Source: an uncultured Blastocatellia bacterium
GTDB lineage: Bacteria > Acidobacteriota > Blastocatellia > HR10
DNA length: 64,000 bases
Reading direction: 5' to 3'
Assembly (NCBI GenBank): GCA_937934295.1
Contig: CALHAI010000018.1
Coordinates: forward strand, 966 to 64,965
Shown here: positions 10,586 to 19,865 of the stretch, piece by piece
Layout of the letters: each line of letters begins with the position of its first letter
How positions within the stretch are numbered: the stretch's first letter is position 1
The notes under the pieces: generated by a model
Databases searched by the model: none
What the model was told of the DNA's origin: nothing
What the model saw: only the letters and a program-made list of their open reading frames with translations
Made by a program: the position numbers and the translations under genes

Positions 10586-13300
10586 TCACTCCAGGACGGC
10601 GGCGAGTTCCGTGACGGCTGCTTGTGCGGCGGCCAAAATGGCGATGGGCACGCGGTATGGCGAGCAGCTGACATAGTCCAGGCCGATGCGGTGGCAGAAC
10701 TCGATGGAACTCGGTTCGCCCCCGTGCTCGCCGCAGATGCCCGTCTTCAAATTCGCGCGCACGGCGCGCCCGCGTTCGACGCCCATCTTCATGAGTTCGC
10801 CCACGCCCGCGCGATCGAGGATGAGGAAGGGATCGGTTTCCAAGATCCCTCGACTCATATATGCCTCGATGACAGCCACCGTATCGTCGCGGGAGAAGCC
10901 GAAGGTCATTTGCGTGAGATCGTTCGTGCCGAAGCTGAAGAACTCGGCCGAGCGCGCGATCTCACCGGCCAGGAGCGCGGCGCGCGGCAGCTCGAGCATC
11001 GTCCCGACGAGATACGAGACCTGGACGCCCATTCCTCTCATGACCTCTCGCGCCACACGGTCGATGATCTCGCGTTGCGCCTCAAACTCCCGCGCGATGC
11101 CGACAAGCGGCACCATGATCTCGGGCACCACGCGAACGCCCTCGCGGGCGACTTGGCATGCGGCCTCGAAGATCGCGCGCACCTGCATCTCAGTGATCTC
11201 CGGGTAGAGGATCCCGAGCCGGCAGCCGCGCAGTCCAAGCATGGGATTGAATTCGTACAATTCCTCGACGCGCGCCAGCAGTCGCTCCTTCTCCTCCACG
11301 CCTTCGATCTCCCCCTTCGCTCGCAGGACGGCGATCTCCACCATGAGCTGCTCGCGTTTGGGGAGGAATTCATGCAGCGGTGGATCGAGCAATCGGATCG
11401 TGACCGGATACCCATCCATGACGCGGAAGATCGCCGCGAAGTCCTCACGCTGCATGGGAAGCAAGCGCGCGAGCGCTTCACGCCGTTCCGCTTCCGTGCT
11501 GGCGAGGATCATCGCCTGCATGTGGGGGAGACGATCCGGGGCGAAGAACATGTGCTCGGTGCGCGCCAGGCCGATCCCCTCAGCCCCGAAAGCGCGCGCC
11601 AAGCGAGCGTCTTCCGGCGTATCGGCGTTGGCGCGGACGCCGAGCCGTTTGACCTCGCGAGCCGTGTCCATCACCCGCTTGAAGTACTGATAGGTCTTCG
11701 ACTGCTCCGGCTCCAGCTCTCCGTCCAGGACGCGCAAGATCTCCGACTTGACCCGAGGTACGTCGCCCAGCAGGATCTCGCCCGTCGTCCCATCAATGGA
11801 GATGGGGTCGCCCTCGCGCAGCAGCACATCGTCTAGGCGCGCTATGCCCGCCTCTTCGTCAATGGTGAGCGCGCTGCAGCCGACGACGGCCGGCTTGCCC
11901 ATCTGGCGTCCGACGACGGCCGCGTGTGAGGTAGCGCCGCCGCGAGCCGTCAGGAACCCCTCTGACGCTTGCATGCCGGCGATGTCATCGGGCGAGGTCT
12001 CCATTCGCACGAGCACGACCCGTTCTCCCTGTCGCCGCATCTCGACCGCACGACGCGCCGTGAACGCGATGCGTCCGGCCGCCGCGCCCGGAGAAGACGC
12101 CAACCCCCGACCAATGACGCGAAACTCCTTCCGTTTCGCGGGATCGAACGTGGGGTGAAGGAGCTGGTTCAACGTGGGCGCCTCGATGAGCCGCAGCGAT
12201 TCTTCCGGCGTCACCAGTCCCTCGTCCACCATGTCACAGGCGATGCGAATGGCCGCCAAACCCGTGCGCTTAGCGCTTCGCGTCTGCAGCATGAAGAGCT
12301 GCCCCTCTTGAACGGTGAACTCGAAATCTTGCACATCGCGATAATGGCGTTCGAGGCGTTCGGCGATCTCCTCCAGTTGCCGGTAGACGTTCGGGAGGAT
12401 CTCGCGCAGCTCCTGCAAGGGGAGCGGCGTCCGAATCCCGGCGACGACGTCCTCACCTTGCGCATTCGGCAGGAATTCTCCGAACAGCTCCTTCTCCCCA
12501 GTTGCCGGATTGCGCGTGAAGCCGACACCGGAGCCGCTCGTCTCGCCCATATTGCCGAAGACCATCGCCTGGACGTTCACGGCCGTCCCCAAATCGTGCG
12601 GGATACCGTGAATCTGCCGATACGTGATCGCCCGCTCATTGTTCCACGAGCGAAAGACGGCATCGCGCGCCTGCCGCAGTTGCTCCTGCGGGTCTTCGGG
12701 AAAATCCCGCCCCGTCTCCTCGGTGATGAGGCGTTTGAACTCCTGCACCAGCTCCTTGAGAGCCTCGGCCGTCAACTCCGTATCGTGCCGCACGCCCCGC
12801 GCCTGCTTCTTCGCCTCGAGCACTTCCTCGAACTTCCTCTTCTCGATGCCGAGGACGACGTTGCCGAACATCTGGAGGAACCGGCGATAGCAATCGTAGG
12901 CGAAGCGGGGATTCTGCGTACGGCGAGCCAGGGCTTGGACAGTCACATCGTTCAAGCCGAGATTCAAGATCGTGTCCATCATCCCCGGCATACTGAACTT
13001 CGCGCCGGAGCGCACCGAGACCAAAAGCGGTCGCTCCGGATCTCCCAGTCGCTCCCCGCGCACTTCCTCCAACCGCCGAAGCGCGCTCTGAATCTCCTCC
13101 TCGATCTCCGCCGGCAAGTAGCCTTCGTTTTCATAGAAGATGCGACATGCCTCAGTCGTGATCGTGAATCCCGGAGGGACCGGCAGCCCCGCATTGGTCA
13201 TCTCCGCGAGCCCCGCTCCCTTCCCTCCCAAGAGGTCCTTCAAACGCGCCGAACCTTCCGCCTGGCCATTCCCGAAGAAATAGACATACTTTTTCCCCAT
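10586..13300 (-). CDS. ppdK: Pyruvate, phosphate dikinase
   Basis: I place the start at the internal ATG 13300 (MGKKYVYFFGNG...LLGGKGAGLAEM). Has the PEP-utilizing His domain (GGATSHAAVVGRQMGKP) and a PEP/pyruvate-binding C-terminal TIM barrel. An RBS GGGAGGG lies upstream. Confidence 0.9.
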   Translation of the reverse strand: MGKKYVYFFGNGQAEGSARLKDLLGGKGAGLAEMTNAGLPVPPGFTITTEACRIFYENEGYLPAEIEEEIQSALRRLEEVRGERLGDPERPLLVSVRSGAKFSMPGMMDTILNLGLNDVTVQALARRTQNPRFAYDCYRRFLQMFGNVVLGIEKRKFEEVLEAKKQARGVRHDTELTAEALKELVQEFKRLITEETGRDFPEDPQEQLRQARDAVFRSWNNERAITYRQIHGIPHDLGTAVNVQAMVFGNMGETSGSGVGFTRNPATGEKELFGEFLPNAQGEDVVAGIRTPLPLQELREILPNVYRQLEEIAERLERHYRDVQDFEFTVQEGQLFMLQTRSAKRTGLAAIRIACDMVDEGLVTPEESLRLIEAPTLNQLLHPTFDPAKRKEFRVIGRGLASSPGAAAGRIAFTARRAVEMRRQGERVVLVRMETSPDDIAGMQASEGFLTARGGATSHAAVVGRQMGKPAVVGCSALTIDEEAGIARLDDVLLREGDPISIDGTTGEILLGDVPRVKSEILRVLDGELEPEQSKTYQYFKRVMDTAREVKRLGVRANADTPEDARLARAFGAEGIGLARTEHMFFAPDRLPHMQAMILASTEAERREALARLLPMQREDFAAIFRVMDGYPVTIRLLDPPLHEFLPKREQLMVEIAVLRAKGEIEGVEEKERLLARVEELYEFNPMLGLRGCRLGILYPEITEMQVRAIFEAACQVAREGVRVVPEIMVPLVGIAREFEAQREIIDRVAREVMRGMGVQVSYLVGTMLELPRAALLAGEIARSAEFFSFGTNDLTQMTFGFSRDDTVAVIEAYMSRGILETDPFLILDRAGVGELMKMGVERGRAVRANLKTGICGEHGGEPSSIEFCHRIGLDYVSCSPYRVPIAILAAAQAAVTELAAVLE

Positions 13301-13333
13301 ATTCCCTCCCTCTCGGCAAAGATCCTTCTCCGG

Positions 13334-13373
13334 ATTTCGAGGGCATGCCCATCTCCTCCCGTGCCCTCGAAAT
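13334..13373 (-). other. Perfect 12-bp inverted repeat (ATTTCGAGGGCA / TGCCCTCGAAAT, 16-nt loop) in the recO-ppdK intergenic region
   Basis: Seen directly in the sequence. It begins immediately after the recO stop codon. No U-tract follows it on the minus-strand RNA, so it is not a canonical intrinsic terminator. Confidence 0.4.
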
Positions 13374-14111
13374 TCAAACATCCAATAATAGCTTGGTCTT
13401 CAACTCACGTTCAAGAACGTCGCGAAGGAGTTGCGTGAGCAGACGGTGGAGGTGAATCGCTTCTTTCGGCGTCGGAAGGGAGGCCCATTCGCTTGGGGGG
13501 CGCTTGAGCATCTCCGCGAAAAGGCGACGGAGCGACGTCGGGACCATATGCCCGCCTAAGGCCGGGCCGCATCGCTCGCACCGAGGAGCTCCGTCCCGAG
13601 CGATCCATATGGGCGCCTCAGGGCGGAACGCTCTCCCACAGGCAGCGCACGCCTCCAAGGGGGCGAAGAAGCCCCCGAGCTTCAGCATCCACGTCTCGAA
13701 ATAAGCGGCCAGCGCCGGAAGCGATGCGCCTTGAAGGAATGCGTCGCGCGTCGCTCGAATCAACCGATAGACGGAAGGATGAAGCTCCGCCGGAGGCTGC
13801 AACGCGTCCACCAGTTCAGCCACATGATGAAGAAAGGCTTCACCTTCAGGCGTCGCCGCACGCTCGAAAGGGGAGCAGAGGAGCTCGCACCGCCTCAGAG
13901 TGACAAGCTCTCGCGATTCTTTCTCGTAAAAGGAGATGAAGATCTCCGAAAGCGGTTCCAAGCAGGCGCCGAATCGGCTCTTCGGCCGACGCGCTCCTCG
14001 AGCGACGGCGCGGATCTTCCCATAGAAATGCGTGAAGAGGACGACGATCTTATCCGCCTCCGCGAGCGGATAGGTCATCAGGACGAATGCCTCGCTCTCC
14101 CTAATCGCCAT
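13374..14111 (-). CDS. recO: DNA repair protein RecO
   Basis: Has the RecO N-terminal OB-fold (EAFVLMTYPLAEADKIVVLFT...GKIRAVARGARRPKS) and a zinc-binding C-x2-C...C-x2-C region (CAACGRAF...CERCGP). Start is probably ATG 14111 (MAIRESEAFVL). The track shows an alternative start at 14156. Confidence 0.75.
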   Translation of the reverse strand: MAIRESEAFVLMTYPLAEADKIVVLFTHFYGKIRAVARGARRPKSRFGACLEPLSEIFISFYEKESRELVTLRRCELLCSPFERAATPEGEAFLHHVAELVDALQPPAELHPSVYRLIRATRDAFLQGASLPALAAYFETWMLKLGGFFAPLEACAACGRAFRPEAPIWIARDGAPRCERCGPALGGHMVPTSLRRLFAEMLKRPPSEWASLPTPKEAIHLHRLLTQLLRDVLERELKTKLLLDV

Positions 14112-14216
14112 CGCCGTAAATCCTCGGCTCGCGCGCTCGAAGAGCCGCCGCTCCACCTTCGCTTCGTCGAGTTGACAGCCAAGCCTTCCACCCAGTAAGC
14201 TCTAGGTTGCGTATGT

Positions 14217-14292
14217 GGCCAGGTAGCTCAGTCGGTAGAGCAGGGGACTGAAAATCCCTGTGTCGGCGGTTCGATTCCGTCCCTGGCCACCA
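14217..14292 (+). tRNA. tRNA-Phe (anticodon GAA)
   Basis: A cloverleaf is readable: acceptor GGCCAGG/CCTGGCC, D-arm TAGCTCAGTCGGTAGAGCA, anticodon stem-loop GGGGA-CTGAAAA-TCCCT, T-arm GGTTCGATTCC, and 3' ACCA encoded in the genome. Confidence 0.9.
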
Positions 14293-14387
14293 CGGTCCCC
14301 CTATCCCATCTCCTTCTCTCGCCACATGGCGCCGGGGAAATGGTGATGAGTCCAGACGGGTCTTCACGCTCCCTCAGACCGTGCGAC

Positions 14388-16628
14388 TCACGGGCCGAGA
14401 TATTCGGGGAGGACGTTCTGCCAGATGGCTTCGAGTTCGCGGACCTGGGCATTGATGGCCATCTTCCCATCAATCGTCACTCTGAAGTGAGATCCTCCGA
14501 CGCGCCCGAGAACGGCATAAGGGATGCGGAACTCCCGGGCGATGCTCTCCAGCGTCGCCAGGTGCTCGGGTTCGATCGTCACGAGGATGCGCGAGGGGGT
14601 CTCGCTGAACAGGAGCGAGATCGGCGAGCAGACGCCTTCGGTCGTCAGGACGAGATCGGCGCCGATGGCCTCCCGCCGATGACTGGAGAAGCAGCATTCC
14701 AGGAGCGCGATGGCCAGGCCTCCATCGGAACAATCGTGCGCGGACTTGATGATCCCTTCGGCAATGGCCGTCAAGCACGCGCGCTGAACCGCGCGCTCCA
14801 GATGGAGATCGAGCCTCGGCGCATCTCCCCCAACGAGCCCATGCATCCAGGCCAGGTATTCGCTGCCGCCTAAGTCATCGCCCGTGCGACCGAGCAGGAC
14901 GATGAGATCGCCTTCGGCTTTGAACCACGGTGTGATCGGCAACGGATGACGATTCCGCCGCTCGGCGTTCCCGTGATTCGCCGGGAAGTAGTTCAACCCC
15001 TCGATCACACCGAGCATGCCGATGACGGGCGTTGGGTAGATGCCGCGCCCTTCGGTCTCGTTATAGAAACTCACGTTCCCTCCGGTCACCGGCGTCTCGA
15101 AGACCGCGCACGCTTCGGCCATCCCATCAATGACCTCACTGAACGCCCACATGACTTCAGGATGCTCTGGGGAGGCGAAGTTCAAACAATTGGTGCACGC
15201 GATGGGGAGGGCACCCGTCACGACGAGATTGCGGCAGGCTTCGGCGACGGCCAATTGAGCGCCGGCGCGCGGGTTCAGATAGCAATAGCGTCCATTGCCA
15301 TCGAGCGTCAGGGCAATCGCCTTGCGCGTCTCCTTGATCCGCAGGACGGCGGCGTCGGCCCCAGGCAGGAGGATCGTGTTCGTTCGCACCATGTGATCGT
15401 ACTGGCGATAGATCCACTGTTTCGAGGCGAGGTTCGGAGAACGCAACATCTGGCGAAGCACCTCTTCAAGCGGTGCTGGCTCGGCGTGAATGCGGTCCCA
15501 CTCCACATCGTCTCCTGTCTCCGCTCGCTTCATCGGTCGGTGATAGACGGGGGCCTCTTCGGCCAGAAGTCGAGCGGGGAGATCGGCGACGAGGTGCCCT
15601 TGATGGAACACGCGCAATCGGCCATCGTCAGTCACGCGGCCGATCTCGACGGCGTCCAACCCCCATTTCGTGAAGACCTCCTTCACCTCCCGCTCATGGC
15701 CGGCGCGAACGATGAGCAGCATGCGCTCTTGCGATTCCGAGAGGAGGATCTCATAGGCGGACATGCCGACTTCACGCTGCGGCACGCGATCAAGATCGAG
15801 TTCGATGCCCGTGTGAGCACGTGCGCTCATCTCGCAACTGGCGCACGTCAGGCCCGCGGCGCCCAGGTCTTGGAGGCCCACGATGGCATTGGTGCGCAGA
15901 GCTTCCAGACACGCCTCCAGAAGCAGTTTCTCCAGGAACGGATCGCCCACTTGAACGGCCGGGCGCTGCTCCAAGGCCGATTGCGTGAACTCGGCCGAGG
16001 CCATGCGGGCTCCGTGAATGCCGTCTCGCCCGGTCTTAGCGCCGACATAGAGGACCGTGTTGCCAGGGCCACTGGCGCGCGCGTAGCAGATCTGCTCGCG
16101 CCTCGCCAGGCCAACGGCCATGGCGTTCACCAAAGGGTTACGCGCGTAGCACTCGGCGAAGAAGACCTCGCCACCGACGGTAGGAACGCCAAAGCAGTTC
16201 CCATAATCGGCGATGCCGCGCACGACGCCGTCCATGATCGCGCGATTGCGGGGGTCCGTGAGCGGACCAAATCGCAGCGAATCCAGAACAGCAATGGGAC
16301 GCGCGCCCATTGTGAAGATGTCGCGCAAGATTCCGCCGACACCCGTCGCCGCCCCTTGATATGGTTCGATGAAGCTCGGGTGATTGTGCGACTCGATCTT
16401 GAAGACGATGCACCAGCCGTCGCCGATATCCACGACTCCGGCATTCTCGCCCGGCCCTTGAAGGACGCGAGGTCCCGACGTCGGCAAGCGTCGCAGGTGC
16501 ACTTTCGAGGATTTGTACGAACAATGCTCCGACCACATGGCCGCGAGCATCCCCACTTCCACGGGATTCGGCTCCCGGCCCAATCGCTCGATGATCCGCG
16601 CATACTCCTCTGGTGTGAGATCGCTCAT
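14388..16628 (-). CDS. purL: Phosphoribosylformylglycinamidine synthase subunit PurL
   Basis: I place the start at the internal ATG 16628 ([42 protein letters not shown]). The track's 131-aa N-terminal extension runs through the efp gene on the opposite strand. Confidence 0.9.
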   Translation of the reverse strand: MSDLTPEEYARIIERLGREPNPVEVGMLAAMWSEHCSYKSSKVHLRRLPTSGPRVLQGPGENAGVVDIGDGWCIVFKIESHNHPSFIEPYQGAATGVGGILRDIFTMGARPIAVLDSLRFGPLTDPRNRAIMDGVVRGIADYGNCFGVPTVGGEVFFAECYARNPLVNAMAVGLARREQICYARASGPGNTVLYVGAKTGRDGIHGARMASAEFTQSALEQRPAVQVGDPFLEKLLLEACLEALRTNAIVGLQDLGAAGLTCASCEMSARAHTGIELDLDRVPQREVGMSAYEILLSESQERMLLIVRAGHEREVKEVFTKWGLDAVEIGRVTDDGRLRVFHQGHLVADLPARLLAEEAPVYHRPMKRAETGDDVEWDRIHAEPAPLEEVLRQMLRSPNLASKQWIYRQYDHMVRTNTILLPGADAAVLRIKETRKAIALTLDGNGRYCYLNPRAGAQLAVAEACRNLVVTGALPIACTNCLNFASPEHPEVMWAFSEVIDGMAEACAVFETPVTGGNVSFYNETEGRGIYPTPVIGMLGVIEGLNYFPANHGNAERRNRHPLPITPWFKAEGDLIVLLGRTGDDLGGSEYLAWMHGLVGGDAPRLDLHLERAVQRACLTAIAEGIIKSAHDCSDGGLAIALLECCFSSHRREAIGADLVLTTEGVCSPISLLFSETPSRILVTIEPEHLATLESIAREFRIPYAVLGRVGGSHFRVTIDGKMAINAQVRELEAIWQNVLPEYLGP

Positions 16629-16751
16629 ATCCTCCGCGCCATTGATGAGGATCGCTCCAAGGGCGAGATTATAGCGGAAATCTTGACCGGGCCAAAGTCG
16701 TGCGCTAATTTTCATCTCCTCGAAAAGGTTCACGATTCCGGAGGACGCGTG

Positions 16752-17312
16752 ATGATACAAGCGACGCGTATTCGACGCGGGATGATCATCATTCACGAGG
16801 GCGATCCGTGTCTGGTCCTCGACTTTCGGCATGTGACGCCGGGGAACTGGCGCGCGATGGTGCAGACGAAGCTCCGAAATCTGCGGACGGGGATCTCGTT
16901 CGAGCACCGCTTCCGCTCGACCGATACGGTGGAGAAGGCCGTCCTGGAGGAACAAGAATTCGAGTACCTTTACCATGATGGGACGAGCTACCACTTCATG
17001 AACACGGAGACCTTCGAGCAAATCGCATTGGATGAGGAAGTCCTGGGCGATGCCGTGAAGTTCCTCGTCCCGAATCTGTGTCTCAAGGTCGTCTTCTACC
17101 AGGGGAAGCCGATGGGCGTCGAATTGCCCCCGACCGTGGATCTCCGCGTCGTCGAGACGGAGCCCAGTGTGAAGGGGGCGACCGTGACGGCCGTCAACAA
17201 ACCGGCGACGTTGGAGACGGGATTGGTCATCCAGGTCCCTCCCTTTGTCGAGCCGGGCGATCTCGTCCGCGTGGACACGGCTGAAGGGACCTATCTCGAG
17301 CGCGTGAAGTGA
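16752..17312 (+). CDS. efp: Translation elongation factor P
   Basis: 186 aa. It is hidden inside the track's 788-aa + ORF; only the 3' 561 nt are coding. It aligns well with E. coli and B. subtilis EF-P ([24 protein letters not shown]; ...[18 protein letters not shown]). An RBS GGAGGA precedes ATG 16752. Confidence 0.9.
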   Translation: MIQATRIRRGMIIIHEGDPCLVLDFRHVTPGNWRAMVQTKLRNLRTGISFEHRFRSTDTVEKAVLEEQEFEYLYHDGTSYHFMNTETFEQIALDEEVLGDAVKFLVPNLCLKVVFYQGKPMGVELPPTVDLRVVETEPSVKGATVTAVNKPATLETGLVIQVPPFVEPGDLVRVDTAEGTYLERVK

Positions 17313-17315
17313 TCC

Positions 17316-19865
17316 TCATGTCCGAACGCGGAAGAGGAGGTAGAGGCCGAGGGCCAACAGCAATCCGTTCGGACTCCACGCGGCCACTTGGGGAGAGAAA
17401 TACTCGTACCGTCCTAATTGTTCGAAGAGACCCAGGGTGAGCCAGTAGAGCAAACCGATCGTGATTCCGAGACCGATCGCGTGGCGGGCACCTTTCCGAC
17501 CGAAGGTCACGCCGAAGGGGATGCCGAAGAGCGCCATGATGAGGACGGCAGCGGCATTGGCTGATCGTCGTTCCACGGCGATGCGCAGGTCCGTGGGATC
17601 GAGCCCGCGTTCGGCGAGGGCGTGAATCTGCGCGCGCAATTGTCGGGATGTCATGGCCTCCGGTTTTCGGAGCGGCGGCACCAGGAGCGCCGATCCGCTC
17701 TCATCCCTGAGCCAGAGATGGTCGAAATGTCGTTCGGAGCGAAGATGAGCGCCCTCGAATTCCCAAACGGAGACGCGCGAGAGATACCACGCCGCGCGCG
17801 CTTCATCCCACTGAGCGAACTCGGCCTCCAGACGACGGCGCACGAGGAAGCGATCGGGGGAGAAGTCGAGAAGCAAGGGAGCACTGAGGCGTCGCGCCGT
17901 GCGATCGAGGGAAGCAAAGTGCAGGATGCGCTGAGGGAATCGGACGTGACTTCGAGGAGTGGGGCTGGCCATTACGGGCGAACCCGATGCCTCGGGCGGA
18001 AGTCCGGCGATCGTCTCCTCCGACCAGAGGACCATCCAATTCGCCACTGAGGAGGCGGCAGGGAGTTCGACGGCCGAAGGGAAGCGCCCCTTTTTGATGT
18101 AAAAGCGCAGGAGCTCCTGCCGCGCATTCGCCTCCGGTACGACGCGCTCTTGCCAGATGGCGACGACACCCGCCAGGAGGGCGCTCGCGATGAGAATGGG
18201 CGCTGCCGCGCGGGGGATCGAGACGCCGGTGGCTCGCAGAGCCGTGAGTTCCCCCGATTGGCTCAAGATGCTCATGCTCACCAACGCCGCCATCAACGCT
18301 GTGGGGGGGGCGAGGTAACTGAGCACCGAGGGCGTGAGGTAGACGAGATATTCGGCCACGAAGCGAGCCGGGATTTGATTCAGGAGGATGTCCGACGATA
18401 GCTCGAAGACCGTGAAGATGATGAAGAGCGTCCAAAGGCCGACGAGGATCGTCAGGTAGAGGCTGAGGAATCGGAGAGCGATGTACCGATCGCTGATCGA
18501 GAAGCGGAGGACGAATTCGGCCACCGATCCGAGGCCGTCGAGAGTGAAGGGAGCCGACTTCGCGCGCGGGCGGAAGAAGCGATATAGGCGGTGAAGCATC
18601 TGCTGCTCGAGCTGCTGCGCGCGGATCCGCAGCGCGTCCCAAGTGAGGGCGAGCCGGGTGCGGAATGGGGGAGCCGTCGTCGAGGTCAACCGGAGCCGCT
18701 CAGCCATTCGCTCGAGCGTTCGAGCCAGGGAGAAGCGCTCCGATAATCGGAGGACGCTGTAACTCGCCATAACGGCGTTCCCCAGCCACAGGGCTATGGG
18801 GGGAGGGAGGCGTCCGGCGCGGGCCAGGTTCTCACCACCGAGCAACATCAGGTAGTACGCCGCTGCCAGCAGGATACTGAGCCAGAAGCCGTAGCTGCGT
18901 CCGCCGCGCCGACGGGTCGTCCCTAAGGCGACGCCCACGGCGACGAGGACGAGTGGGGAGACGCCCACGGCGGCGCGCTTGTGAAACTCCGTGAGGGCTC
19001 GCCGACCAAGGAGCGGATCATGCCGCGCGGCCCACAGCTCGGGAAGCCTCAGCTCTTGAATCTTCCTCCTCGCTGGGGAAGCACCGGCTTCCAGCTCCGT
19101 TCGCAGTTGCTCGGCCTCCCGTGATTGCGCGTCAAAACGAAGCGTCGTGCGCTCGAACGTTTCTACCTCGTAACGAGGACCGCTGTCGGTATGACGGCGT
19201 CGGTGGATGACGCCATCGTACAGGATCAGGTGCGCATTGTCGGGCGCCTTCCCAAGCTCCAAGCGACCGCACGCGGCTGTGATGAGCGTTAGACCGGAAG
19301 GGGCATTCGGATCGGCGTTCTGCCCTTCGATGGCGAGAAAGAGGTGATGCCACAAATTCGCCTGCCGATCCACCTCGCCAATATAGAGAACCGTGCCCAC
19401 GAACCGATTCTCGAAGACGCGCGGCTTCACCTGTAGGCGAATCCCTTGTAGGATGAGCTCCGCTCGAACCTCCTTTACGCGGCGCATCGCCTGTGGCATA
19501 TCGAAGGCTGCGAGGTAAAAGGTCACAGCGCTCGCCGGAAGAGCCAGCAGGAGCAACGGAACGAGAAGATGGCGTCGACCGATCCCGCTCGTGAACAAAA
19601 TCATCAGCTCGTGATCGCCGTGCAAACGGCCGAGTCCGGTCATCACGGCGACCAGAAGCGAGAGCGGAAGGGTGAGCACGAGGATTCGCGGGATGAGGGA
19701 GACGAGCAGCGTCCGCACGAGCGTCGGCGGAACATCGCGCTTCACGAACAATTCGGCGAACTCGGCCATTTGGCTAGCAAGCACCAGAACCGTGAGGACG
19801 AGGAGGGCGAGCAGGAAGTAGGGGATGATCTCGGCCAGAAGATACCGCTCGATTCGCCACATCAT
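17316..19865 (-). CDS. Fused LPS export permease LptF-LptG (two YjgP/YjgQ domains in one 849-aa polypeptide)
   Basis: Residues about 1-400 are LptF-like (IERYLLAEIIPYFLLALL...). Residues about 430-849 are LptG-like (ISDRYIALRFLSLYLTILVGLW...). Each half has a TM core plus a periplasmic domain. It is one uninterrupted ORF. Its start ATG overlaps the lipB-nudix stop (ATGA at 19862-19865). Confidence 0.75.
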   Translation of the reverse strand: MMWRIERYLLAEIIPYFLLALLVLTVLVLASQMAEFAELFVKRDVPPTLVRTLLVSLIPRILVLTLPLSLLVAVMTGLGRLHGDHELMILFTSGIGRRHLLVPLLLLALPASAVTFYLAAFDMPQAMRRVKEVRAELILQGIRLQVKPRVFENRFVGTVLYIGEVDRQANLWHHLFLAIEGQNADPNAPSGLTLITAACGRLELGKAPDNAHLILYDGVIHRRRHTDSGPRYEVETFERTTLRFDAQSREAEQLRTELEAGASPARRKIQELRLPELWAARHDPLLGRRALTEFHKRAAVGVSPLVLVAVGVALGTTRRRGGRSYGFWLSILLAAAYYLMLLGGENLARAGRLPPPIALWLGNAVMASYSVLRLSERFSLARTLERMAERLRLTSTTAPPFRTRLALTWDALRIRAQQLEQQMLHRLYRFFRPRAKSAPFTLDGLGSVAEFVLRFSISDRYIALRFLSLYLTILVGLWTLFIIFTVFELSSDILLNQIPARFVAEYLVYLTPSVLSYLAPPTALMAALVSMSILSQSGELTALRATGVSIPRAAAPILIASALLAGVVAIWQERVVPEANARQELLRFYIKKGRFPSAVELPAASSVANWMVLWSEETIAGLPPEASGSPVMASPTPRSHVRFPQRILHFASLDRTARRLSAPLLLDFSPDRFLVRRRLEAEFAQWDEARAAWYLSRVSVWEFEGAHLRSERHFDHLWLRDESGSALLVPPLRKPEAMTSRQLRAQIHALAERGLDPTDLRIAVERRSANAAAVLIMALFGIPFGVTFGRKGARHAIGLGITIGLLYWLTLGLFEQLGRYEYFSPQVAAWSPNGLLLALGLYLLFRVRT

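Noticed and set aside
14946-17312. 788-aa + strand ORF
   Set aside because: Most of it is antisense to purL and has no protein-like features. Only the last 561 nt (16752..17312) encode EF-P. The upstream part is an open frame typical of GC-rich DNA.
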